From Paracoccaceae bacterium (GTDB lineage: Bacteria > Pseudomonadota > Alphaproteobacteria > Rhodobacterales > Rhodobacteraceae), in NCBI GenBank assembly GCA_043736475.1, contig JAYTCN010000464.1, positions 1 to 43,341 on the forward strand: a stretch of 43,341 nucleotides of DNA, read 5' to 3'. Position numbers and translations under genes: made by a program. The notes under the pieces are model-generated. The model saw nothing but the letters and a program-made list of their open reading frames with translations. It ran no database searches and had not been told where the DNA came from. This document shows, piece after piece, positions 1 to 8,266 of the stretch. The first letter of the stretch is position 1. Every line of letters begins with the position of its first letter.

Positions 1-405
1 CCGTCCAACGCCGCTTTCAGCGCCGAAAAATTCGGGTCAAAGCGGCGGTTGAAACCGATCATCACCGGACGCCCATTGGCGTCGACCACCTTCTGGCAGG
101 CTTGGGCACGGGCGAGGGAAAGGTCCACCGGCTTTTCACAGAGCACGGCCTTGCCGGCGCCCGTCGCGCGCTCGATCAGGTCGGAATGGGTGTCGGTCGA
201 GGTGGCGATCAGCACCGCATCGATCGTCGCATCGTTGAGGATGGCATCGGTGCTGCGCGCCTCGGCCCCGTACTGCGCCGCAAGCTTTTCAGCCGCAGCG
301 GTGTTGATGTCCGCCACGGCGACAAGCGTGCTGGCAGGGGTTGGACGAGATGGCGGTGGCATGTACGTCGGCAATGCGACCGGCGCCGAGAAGAGCTACT
401 TTAAG
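1..405 (-). CDS. Gfo/Idh/MocA-family NAD(P)-dependent oxidoreductase (inositol 2-dehydrogenase-like). About 135 N-terminal codons are present and the gene runs off the window at position 1. It has an apparent 1-nt frameshift near 337-340, so it may be a pseudogene or carry a sequencing error.
   Basis: Hand translation of the reverse strand gives LKVALLGAGRIADVHATAISSN (Rossmann GxGxxG) in one frame starting near 405. The adjacent frame then reads PASTLVAVADINTAAAEKLAAQYGAEARSTDAILNDATIDAVLIATSTDTHSDLIERATGAGKAVLCEKPVD...MIGFNRRFDPNF. The gene is absent from the ORF track because it has no stop inside the window. Confidence 0.6.
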
Positions 406-426
406 TTTTTTGTGTTTCCTTTGGTT

Positions 427-1470
427 TCAAAGATCGATTGATCTTCCCTCGGCCGCGCTGACGCGGGCGGCGTCAAGCACGGCGAGGGTGCGAATTCCTT
501 CCGCCGCCGTCACTGGCGGCGCGCCTTGGTCGCGGACAGCGCGGGCAAAGGCTTGGTAATAGTCGTGGTAGCGGCCCTGCTCGGCCGGGACGCGCTGCTC
601 ACCGGCGGCGGTTCGCAGAACGCCCCAATTCGGCACCGGCTCAAAGCCCCATGCCGCCAGATCATCGGCGGGTCTCAGGCCCGCGAAGATTGCCTGCGCC
701 TGTACATCGGACCCATGCGCGACATAGCTGCCAAGCGCGCTGTAAGCGCGAAGTTCGCGGATGTTCAGGTGGTTCAGCTTGCTGGCCGAGACATGGCTGT
801 GGACGCCGCCCGTGTGGCGCATGGCGATGGTAAAGCCCACGTCGGTCCGGCCCTGCGGCAGATCGGCATGGTCAAGTTGGGCATCGACCGATTTCGCCGG
901 GCCAAGCAGCCACAGCATCTGGTCGACCAGATGGCTGCCAAGGTCGCGCAACAGCCCGCCGGTCGGCCCGGCCTCGAGCGTGGCCGGATCGTCGAAATCC
1001 ATCCGCGAATGGATGCGCCAGACCTTGCCCAGCCGCCCGTCGCCGATCAGCTTGTTCAACGTCTGGATGTCGGAATCCCAGCGGCGGTTCTGAAAGACGC
1101 CGAGAATGACGCCTTTCGCGCGCGCGGCAGCTTCCAGTTCGCGCCCACCCTCGGCGGTAGGGGCGAAAGGCTTGTCGGCGATGACATGCAGGCCTGCGGC
1201 AATCGCCTCCAGCACCAGTGCGCGCCGGGTCTGCGGCGGGGTGGTGATCGTCACCGCATCCAGATTTCCGGCGGCAATCATGGCGGTGAGGCTGGCAAAG
1301 ACCGGTACGCCCGGCGCATCGGCCCGAACCGCGGCCATGGTGCCGGGCGCACGGGCCACGACGCCGGCAAGCTTGACTCCCTTTGCCGCATTGATGAAGG
1401 GGACGTGGAAGTGGCGGCCGCCCGTTCCGTAGCCAACCACACCGATCCGCATACCCGTATATTCGGGCAT
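427..1470 (-). CDS. Gfo/Idh/MocA-family oxidoreductase
   Basis: The ORF is 427..1473. It has an N-terminal Rossmann segment MRIGVVGYGTGGRHF, then HVIADKPF and GVFQNRRWD family-type motifs. The likely ATG at 1468-1470 overlaps the TGA stop of the upstream gene by 1 nt; the TTG at 1473 is the ORF-track start. Confidence 0.85.
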   Translation of the reverse strand: MPEYTGMRIGVVGYGTGGRHFHVPFINAAKGVKLAGVVARAPGTMAAVRADAPGVPVFASLTAMIAAGNLDAVTITTPPQTRRALVLEAIAAGLHVIADKPFAPTAEGGRELEAAARAKGVILGVFQNRRWDSDIQTLNKLIGDGRLGKVWRIHSRMDFDDPATLEAGPTGGLLRDLGSHLVDQMLWLLGPAKSVDAQLDHADLPQGRTDVGFTIAMRHTGGVHSHVSASKLNHLNIRELRAYSALGSYVAHGSDVQAQAIFAGLRPADDLAAWGFEPVPNWGVLRTAAGEQRVPAEQGRYHDYYQAFARAVRDQGAPPVTAAEGIRTLAVLDAARVSAAEGRSIDL

Positions 1471-2357
1471 CAAAGCTTCAGCGCGGCTTCAAATTGCCGG
1501 AATTCGCCGTCCGAAATCGCGACGTTGTGCTGCGGGGCCGGATAGGCCCCCGAATTCACATCGGCAATGAACTCGCGGAAAGCCGAAACGCGCTCCTGTT
1601 GCAGGCGGGCGAATTCGGCGGCGAAGTTGCGATAGGTCTTGGCATGGCGCGGGCGGTGGCCATCGGTGTGTCCCAGCACGTCCTCGGCAAACAGATATTG
1701 CGCATCCGCGCCGGGCCCTGCCCCCATGCCCAGCATGATCATCGGCGTGTTTTTGGCGATCAGCGCGCCCACGCGGTCAGGCACGACCTCCAGCTCGGCA
1801 CCAAAACAGCCGATGGCTTCAAGTTGTTTGACGTGCTGCCAGACCTTCAACGCTTCGGTCGCCGTCTTGCCAACGGCGCGGAACCCCGTCCAGGTGATAT
1901 AGGACGGGATCAGGCCGACATGGGCGACAATCGGGATGTGGTTGTCGCACAGCACTTTCTGGATATCGAGCGAGGCCGAGCAATAGAAGCAATCACCGCC
2001 CATAGCCGAAAAGTGGAAGGCGGCGCGCAGGTAATCCTCCGCCGTGGCCAGGTGACGACCCTCAAACCTGCCCCAGCCGCCATAGGGCAGACCGACCTGC
2101 ACAAAGCATTTTCCCGCCGCCTCGCGCATTTCGGGGCTGTAGAAGCGGCCCTCGATCGACAGCATGTGAATGCCGGCGGCATCGGCCGCCGCCGCTTCTT
2201 CCAGCGTATTGACATAGAGCATGCTGATTTTTTCGCCGCGCGCTTTCATCGCGCGGATATCGGCGACGGTCGGACGGGTGTTTCTGTGGACCACGGGATT
2301 AAACCTCGAACGCGTTGCGGAAGGTGGCAAGGGCGGTTTCGGGATCGCCCGAGGCAA
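1470..2357 (-). CDS. PanB-family protein (3-methyl-2-oxobutanoate hydroxymethyltransferase-like)
   Basis: The ORF is 295 aa. IPIVAHVGLIPSYITWTGFRAVGKT...GCFGAELEVVP...MIMLGMGAGPGADAQYLFAEDVLGH is collinear with the PanB signature (GIPVxGHxGLxPQ...GGxxxQG...ExVP...IGIGAG...GQxLVxxDxLG). The start is uncertain: the ATG at 2357 overlaps the upstream gene, and an alternative GTG lies at 2294. Confidence 0.75.
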   Translation of the reverse strand: MPRAIPKPPLPPSATRSRFNPVVHRNTRPTVADIRAMKARGEKISMLYVNTLEEAAAADAAGIHMLSIEGRFYSPEMREAAGKCFVQVGLPYGGWGRFEGRHLATAEDYLRAAFHFSAMGGDCFYCSASLDIQKVLCDNHIPIVAHVGLIPSYITWTGFRAVGKTATEALKVWQHVKQLEAIGCFGAELEVVPDRVGALIAKNTPMIMLGMGAGPGADAQYLFAEDVLGHTDGHRPRHAKTYRNFAAEFARLQQERVSAFREFIADVNSGAYPAPQHNVAISDGEFRQFEAALKL

Positions 2358-3090
2358 AAGCCTCCATCGCCACCGGGCCGGAATAACCCATCGCTTTCAG
2401 GGCCTTGGCAATGCCGTTCCAGTTCACTTCGCCGGTGCCGGGTTCCATGCGGCCCGGCACATCGGCCACCTGGATCTCGCCGATCCACGGCAGGCATTTG
2501 CGGCACAGCTCGATCAGGTTCCCCTCGCCGATCTGCGCATGATAGAGGTCGAGGTTCAACTGCAAACGCGGGTGACTGACCGAAGAAACCAGCGCCAGGG
2601 TATCTTCGGCCCGGCCAAAAGGCACGCCGGGGTGATTCACCAGCAGGTTCAGGTTTTCCAGCGTGAAAACGACGCCCTCTTCCTCGGCCAAATCGACAAC
2701 GCGGCAAAGAGTGTCGCGGGCTTTCAGCCACATGGCGCCGGTCACGACCTCGATGGGCTGAACCGGAAGGCCCCGGTCGCCAAGCCCGGTGCCGTGCAGG
2801 TTCAGCCGGGCCACGCCCAGCCTTTTGCCGACCTGAACCGTCTCGCGCGCGGTTTTCAGCAACTCGGCCGCGCCCGCGTCATCGGTCAGGTGGCCACGCA
2901 GAAAGCCGTTCATGATGGTGAAATCGGCACCCGTCGCCTCAAGCTTGGCCAGATCATGCTCTGGCCAGTTCCACAGTCCGACGCCGAAGCCCAGATCCTT
3001 CAGACGCGCGCAGCGCCATTCGATCGGACGGTCGCGCCACAGCATTTCGGCGCAGGCGGCAAGTTGGAAAGTCGTGTTCATGTTTGTCAT
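2299..3090 (-). CDS. Xylose-isomerase-like TIM-barrel protein (hydroxypyruvate isomerase / sugar-phosphate isomerase-epimerase family)
   Basis: The ORF track gives 2299..3387, but its first 99 codons are R/G/P-rich junk. The real start is probably MTNMNTTFQLAACAEMLW at 3090. The body (VFTLENLN...HPRLQLNLDLYHAQIGEGNL...IGEIQVADVPGRMEPGTGEVNW) matches the Hyi/AP-endonuclease-2 TIM-barrel pattern. Confidence 0.8.
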   Translation of the reverse strand: MTNMNTTFQLAACAEMLWRDRPIEWRCARLKDLGFGVGLWNWPEHDLAKLEATGADFTIMNGFLRGHLTDDAGAAELLKTARETVQVGKRLGVARLNLHGTGLGDRGLPVQPIEVVTGAMWLKARDTLCRVVDLAEEEGVVFTLENLNLLVNHPGVPFGRAEDTLALVSSVSHPRLQLNLDLYHAQIGEGNLIELCRKCLPWIGEIQVADVPGRMEPGTGEVNWNGIAKALKAMGYSGPVAMEAFASGDPETALATFRNAFEV

Positions 3091-3158
3091 TTCTCGCGAG
3101 GGTGTGATGGTCGTGACTTTGCCGGAATGTTCATATGGTTCCGGCGACGGCGAAGGGA

Positions 3159-4352
3159 TCAGCCCCGCCGGACGGTGACGAAAGCGGCATTGTTGCGGCT
3201 GGACTCGATTGCGGCATGGACAAATTCGACCCCTCGCGCACCGTCCTCGACAGTCGGGAACAAGTATCGGCCTTCTGGGGCCATCTGCCCGTCCTCTTTT
3301 GCAAGAATGGCTTCTGCCATCTCCGAATAGAGATTGGCGAAGGCTTCCAGATAGCCCTCTGGCTGGCCAGCCACGGCGCGTTCCCATTTCCGCGCGGATT
3401 CATCGGTGCCAAAACCGCCGCGTTTCAGGATACGGGTCGGCTCGTTCAGCGGCGAATAGTGCAGAACATTGGGATTTTCCTGATGCCAGCGCAGCCCGCC
3501 CAGACTGCCGAAGACCCGGATCGACAGCCCGTTCTCATTGCCGGGTGCAAGCGAGGTGTTCCACAGCAGACCCCTCGCACCGCCTTCAAACCGAAGATGC
3601 ATGGTCGCGTGATCCTCCAGCTTGTGACCGGGCACCAAGGTCGCCAGATCGGCGGATATTTCGGCGACCCGGCAGCCCGTCACGAATTCGGCCAGGTGAA
3701 AGGCATGAGTCCCCGTGCCCGCGACAAGACTGGATGGCCCGGTGCGCGCCGGATCGTCCATCCAGGGCATACCGTATTCCGGTTCGGTGCCGTACTGCGA
3801 TGCGTATTCGACCACCACGCTGCGGATGTCGCCCAGTTGACCGGACTGGATCATCTGCCGCGCCATGCGGATGATCGGGTAGCCGGAATAGGTATAGGTC
3901 ACGCCAAAAATCGCTCCAGTTTTCCGTGCGATTTTGACCAATTCCCAGGCATCTTCCCGGCGCGTTGTCAGGGGCTTGTCGCAGATCACATTGAAGCCCG
4001 CCTGCAAGAACTCACGGGCGATTTCGAAATGTGTCTCGTTCGTTGTAACGATGGTGACGGCATCCAGCCTGTCGGGCCGCGCAGCTTCGGCGCGCGCCAT
4101 GTCGTGATAGTCGTTGTAGGACCGCTCCGGATCAAGATACCAGTTCTCTGCGGACGCCTGGGCGCGCGCCGGATCGCGCGACAGGGCACCGGCCACCAGT
4201 GTCCAGCGCGAGTCCATGACCGCCGCCGTTCGGTGCAGGGCACCGATAAAGCCGCCAAGGCCGCCACCGACCATGCCAAGGCGCAGTTGCCGCCGGAGCC
4301 GCGTGTTCAATTGCCAGCTGGTGTGAAAACTCTCTGTCAAGTCCATTCTCAT
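3159..4352 (-). CDS. Gfo/Idh/MocA-family oxidoreductase
   Basis: LRLGMVGGGLGGFIGALH forms the Rossmann start, followed by NVICDKPL (EKP-type motif) and a long C-terminal alpha/beta domain. The likely start is MRMDL at 4352, inside the 3159..4427 ORF. Confidence 0.85.
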   Translation of the reverse strand: MRMDLTESFHTSWQLNTRLRRQLRLGMVGGGLGGFIGALHRTAAVMDSRWTLVAGALSRDPARAQASAENWYLDPERSYNDYHDMARAEAARPDRLDAVTIVTTNETHFEIAREFLQAGFNVICDKPLTTRREDAWELVKIARKTGAIFGVTYTYSGYPIIRMARQMIQSGQLGDIRSVVVEYASQYGTEPEYGMPWMDDPARTGPSSLVAGTGTHAFHLAEFVTGCRVAEISADLATLVPGHKLEDHATMHLRFEGGARGLLWNTSLAPGNENGLSIRVFGSLGGLRWHQENPNVLHYSPLNEPTRILKRGGFGTDESARKWERAVAGQPEGYLEAFANLYSEMAEAILAKEDGQMAPEGRYLFPTVEDGARGVEFVHAAIESSRNNAAFVTVRRG

Positions 4353-4442
4353 TTTGGTTGCGTGAAAGCCCGGATCGCTGGCGCGACGACGTTTTGCCCG
4401 GCCCGATGCAGTGCTCGGGCCGGGCAAAGAATTTCTGGAAGA

Positions 4443-5429
4443 TCAGCGCGTTCCTGCCTTCACGCCCAACATCGCAGCATCGACGTTCTCGGTGCTGATG
4501 ATTCCCGGCCCGGTCAGGATCGGTCGCGTGGGAAGGTCGAAACCATAGTTGACGAAGGCGTTGAGAAGGGACACTGCCAGATAGCCCTGCATGTAGGGCT
4601 GCTGGTCGATTGCAAACAGTTGCGTGCCGTCCTTGATGCGTTCGAGATTGGCGCCGTCGAAATCGAAGGTGCCGAGCTTGACCTTGTCCACGCTGCCGGC
4701 CTGCATGATTCCGATGGCTGCACTGTTGGCGTCCCCGGCACTGATGGTGATCAGGCCGTCGATTGTCGGGTCGCCGGTGAGGGCGGCCTTGATCGCCTGT
4801 GCCACCGCGGTCGGGTCGCCAAAGGTGGTTGCCGGCAGGGGCAACTGGTTCGATACGCCGCCGGCCTTGGCCATTCCATCCGCAAGACCCTTGCAGCGTG
4901 CTTCAAGGTTGGCGGCGCCCGGAATGGTGTTGACGCAGAGAACGTTCTTCGACGCATGGGCGGTAAAGAATTCCCCGCCGGCCACGCCGGCCACGTAGTC
5001 ATCATTGCCGATGAAGTTCATGGCGCCCAGCTGCCTGGCACCCTCCATGCTTCCGGCGTTGTAGATGATCAGGGGAACACCGGCATCCGTGACCGCCTTG
5101 AACGCGTCGTCCATGGCTTCCGGCACCCAGTTCGGTCCGACGATGGCACCGGGATTCTGGCTCAGGGCTGATCGGATCAAATTGGCCGCATCAGCGCCAA
5201 GGTTGTCATAGTTCTGCGGGCCAAGCCAGATCACGGAACCGCCCTGGGCCGCGACAACCATGCCGGCATCGTCAGCGCCGCGCTTGACCTTGGACCAGAA
5301 CGGATCGTCGGCCTTGCCGCCGATGACGAAAATCTTGGTCCCGGTATCTTGTGCCATCAGGATGGTGCCGCTGATGGCCAACAGGGCCGTCGTCGCCAGA
5401 ATCTTGACCATTTGGTTCGCTGTTTTCAT
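4443..5429 (-). CDS. Periplasmic sugar-binding protein of an ABC transporter (RbsB/LacI-type periplasmic-binding fold)
   Basis: It has the signal peptide MKTANQMVKILATTALLAISGTILMAQD, then KIFVIGGKADDPFWSKVKRGADDAG and VPLIIYNAG, which are typical of the family. A strong SD (GGAGGAGGAG) lies just upstream of the ATG at 5429. Confidence 0.85.
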   Translation of the reverse strand: MKTANQMVKILATTALLAISGTILMAQDTGTKIFVIGGKADDPFWSKVKRGADDAGMVVAAQGGSVIWLGPQNYDNLGADAANLIRSALSQNPGAIVGPNWVPEAMDDAFKAVTDAGVPLIIYNAGSMEGARQLGAMNFIGNDDYVAGVAGGEFFTAHASKNVLCVNTIPGAANLEARCKGLADGMAKAGGVSNQLPLPATTFGDPTAVAQAIKAALTGDPTIDGLITISAGDANSAAIGIMQAGSVDKVKLGTFDFDGANLERIKDGTQLFAIDQQPYMQGYLAVSLLNAFVNYGFDLPTRPILTGPGIISTENVDAAMLGVKAGTR

Positions 5430-5501
5430 TGTTGTCTCCTCCTCCACGTTGCCGTCGCTTGACGGGTTGCCGATGTTCCCAGGGATTGCCGCCCAAGGCC
5501 G

Positions 5502-6521
5502 TTACGCATCTGCGGGGTTTTTCGCGTTCAGCCGCGCCATCTTCTTCTCGAAGCGGGCCTGCATCAGCGCCTCGCCCGCTTTGGTGCCGTCGTGCCAGCT
5601 GCCGGTCAACTTGTCCAAGGGGATCAGGCCGTCGCCGCCGTAGTTCACTTCGAAGTATTTGTGGTGCAGGTAGTGGGCATAGGCGTGGGAATTGAGCGGC
5701 GTGTCCCTGGTGATCTCCAGCTTCTCAAAGCCGATGTGACCGTTCACCGCCCCGAAGCCCGCGATGTGCAGCTGGTACAGCGCGACAATCGGGTTTGACG
5801 GGATAATCAGGTGCCAAAAGGCGACCGCGTGATACAGGAAACCTTCTACCGGGTGCATCGACAGCGACGACCAGGGCGACGGGTTGACCGAGTTGTGGTG
5901 GACCGAATGGATCCATTTGTACAGGATCGGCGTGTGGAACAGCCGGTGGATCAGGAAGAAATGCACCTCGTGGATCGCCGGGGCGACAAAGACCAGCGCC
6001 GCCAGATACCACGGGCTGTCGGCCCATGCGACCCAGGGTCCATAGCCGTTGGCGAAAGCGTAAAGAAAGATCACCTCGACCACGGTCCACAGCGGGATGG
6101 TGATCAAGAATGACCGCAGGAAGTTGTCGATATTCTGGCTTTTGAACCAGAAGACATCCGAGGGATGGTCGCCGGGAAACTTGCCGTTGTACTTGAACCG
6201 CGCGCCTTGTTTGCGCTTGACGTAATAGAACAGCTCGATCGAGCCATACATGACAAAGATCGCCGCCGCGTTGACCGCATAAAGCCAAAGCGCCCAGCCA
6301 AGGGCGAGGGTTTTCATCACTTCGACGTCGGGAACAACCCAGGCCCAATAAGCCAGCGCGGTCGCCATGTGGAATGCGTTCCACGGCCAGACATAGTCCG
6401 GCAGCCATTTCAGGACAGCCATCAGCTTCGGCGGCCATGCCCAGTAAGGCGCGACCTCGATCCGCCCGTTCGGCGCCCAGTCGCCGCGTTTGTTGCGCGT
6501 GCCAAAACTCAGATCGTCCAT
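5502..6521 (-). CDS. Fatty-acid hydroxylase / sterol desaturase-family integral membrane di-iron enzyme
   Basis: Histidine boxes are present: HEVHFFLIHRLFH, HSVHHNS and HAYAHYLHHKYF. Several hydrophobic helices are visible. The likely start is MDDLSF at 6521, preceded by the SD GGAGGA. Confidence 0.85.
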   Translation of the reverse strand: MDDLSFGTRNKRGDWAPNGRIEVAPYWAWPPKLMAVLKWLPDYVWPWNAFHMATALAYWAWVVPDVEVMKTLALGWALWLYAVNAAAIFVMYGSIELFYYVKRKQGARFKYNGKFPGDHPSDVFWFKSQNIDNFLRSFLITIPLWTVVEVIFLYAFANGYGPWVAWADSPWYLAALVFVAPAIHEVHFFLIHRLFHTPILYKWIHSVHHNSVNPSPWSSLSMHPVEGFLYHAVAFWHLIIPSNPIVALYQLHIAGFGAVNGHIGFEKLEITRDTPLNSHAYAHYLHHKYFEVNYGGDGLIPLDKLTGSWHDGTKAGEALMQARFEKKMARLNAKNPADA

Positions 6522-6572
6522 CGCGTTCCTCCGCCGGGCGGGCGGCACCCGTCCCGGCCAATGCGCTTGCAT

Positions 6573-6768
6573 CCGGGCATTCCGCAGCGTTCGCCCGGCG
6601 TATCGCCCGGCATGTCCGCAGTATCGGCGCGGCTGTTCGCCCTTGTTGCGGCGACGGTAAACGCCTTGACTTGAATCAAATCAAGAACAGATGATATGAC
6701 GTAGCATAATCGTCTCATTAGTATCATACTCTGATGGATACTGCGTTGAAATGATATGGGAGGCCGAC
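6573..6768. promoter_or_regulatory. Divergent promoter/operator region between the catabolic operon and the lacI-family gene
   Basis: This is a locally AT-rich intergenic region. It contains an inverted repeat CTTGA-N6-TCAAG (6670-6685), an imperfect inverted repeat ATGATATGACG...CGTCTCATTAGTATCAT (6691-6727), and an 8-nt direct repeat ATGATATG at 6691 and 6751. Confidence 0.4.
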
Positions 6769-7797
6769 ATGTCACGCCCAATCATCCCGGACCTGGCCAA
6801 GGCCGCCGGGGTTTCAATCGCCACGGTGAACCGGGTGCTTGCCGGTGCCGGAAACGTTCGTCAGGTTACACGACAACGCGTGCAGGAGGCCGCGGAAAGA
6901 ATTGGTTTTTATGGCACCGGCGCAATCCAGCGCCGCGTTGCCGCCAGCCGGCCGAAGTATCGCTTCGGATTCCTGCTGCTGCAGCCGCACCGGTCGTTTT
7001 ACCGGATGGTTGGCGAGGCGATCCGCGACGCCGCCAAGCGGGTCCATGACGCGGATATCGCGGTGCGAATCGAGTTCCTGGAAGACCTTTCACCGCAGAA
7101 TACCGCTGCGCGGGCGCGGGCGCTCGCCGAAGACTGTCAGGCACTATGTATCACCTCGGCCGTCCATCCGCTGGTGACCGAGGCCGTCGACATGGTTCAG
7201 GCGCGCGGCGTTCCGGTTTTCGCCCTGATCTCGCAGCTTGCGGCCACCGGGCAGGTGCATTACGTCGGGCTTGACAACTGGAAGGTCGGCCGCACCGCCG
7301 CTTGGGCGATCGAGAAACTGTCGAAGCGACCGGGCAAACTGGGAATATTGGTCGGCAACCACCGGTACCGCTGCCAGGAAATGAACGAAAGCGGCTTCCG
7401 GTCGTATTTCCGCGAATACGCCCCCGAATTCACCTTGCTTGAACCTTTGTCGACCTTCGAGTCGAGTGCTATCGCCCAAGAGATGACCGAACGGCTGCTT
7501 GGCGAACACCCGGATCTTGCCGGACTTTACGTTGCCGGCGGCGGCATCACCGGAGCCGTGTCTGCGTTGCGCAACAGCGACCGCGCGGGCAAGATCGTGG
7601 CCATCGGCTATCAGTTGATGGATATTACCCGCGCCGCCCTTCTGGATGGAACGCTCTCGCTTGTGATCTCGTGTCCGCTGGCCCGGCTGGCGCATGACAC
7701 GGTGGTCGGCATGATGCAGGCCGTCAAAGCGCGGAACGCCGGGGGCAACTACACCAGCGTCCTGCCGTTCGATCTCCACACCCGCGAGAACATTTGA
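6769..7797 (+). CDS. LacI-family transcriptional regulator
   Basis: The N-terminal HTH is IPDLAKAAGVSIATVNRVLAG..VRQVTRQRVQEAAERIGF, followed by a periplasmic-binding-protein-like effector domain. The ATG at 6769 is preceded by the SD GGGAGG; the ORF-track start is 6751. Confidence 0.9.
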   Translation: MSRPIIPDLAKAAGVSIATVNRVLAGAGNVRQVTRQRVQEAAERIGFYGTGAIQRRVAASRPKYRFGFLLLQPHRSFYRMVGEAIRDAAKRVHDADIAVRIEFLEDLSPQNTAARARALAEDCQALCITSAVHPLVTEAVDMVQARGVPVFALISQLAATGQVHYVGLDNWKVGRTAAWAIEKLSKRPGKLGILVGNHRYRCQEMNESGFRSYFREYAPEFTLLEPLSTFESSAIAQEMTERLLGEHPDLAGLYVAGGGITGAVSALRNSDRAGKIVAIGYQLMDITRAALLDGTLSLVISCPLARLAHDTVVGMMQAVKARNAGGNYTSVLPFDLHTRENI

Positions 7798-8266
7798 ACG
7801 CTTGTCAATGACCGCGCGGAACGACGATGCTGGACCATGGCATTCGATGACCACGTGCGGTCGAGCCAGGCTTGTCGGCCACGAAGTTCGGCGACGCGCC
7901 GCGGACACGCATCGGCCCCGACGTCAGGCGTTTGACCCGGCCGGGACAAGCGGGTTGGTCTTCGCGACGGCAGCGCGGCGGTGACCTTGGCCAGGCGCCA
8001 GATTCCGCGCCGCCGGCTGTTGCGCCGCCCCATTCTGCACTGCCATCACTTTGCGGCCACCGCGCCTGGCGATCACGACAGCCACACGCACTGCCGACCG
8101 GGTTGGGTGCTGCCGGTCGGTTCCCGCCTGACTCTGGCGGGGTCCGGGCAATCCGGGACGGGTTCGCATTCGTCTGGCTGCACCGCCAAACCTTGCCGGC
8201 ACGACCGCAAGCATCGGCGCTCGCAAGCGGTCGGGCATAGGGTTCCGCGCGATAGCCGCGACCTGG

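Noticed and set aside
3091-3387. A 99-codon N-terminal extension of the TIM-barrel ORF. Similar 5' extensions occur on ORFs 3159-4427, 5502-6572, 16790-17815 and 26189-26776.
   Set aside because: The extensions are R/G/P-rich, overlap neighbouring genes or intergenic promoters, and lack ribosome-binding sites. Internal starts are preceded by good SD sequences and give family-typical N-termini.
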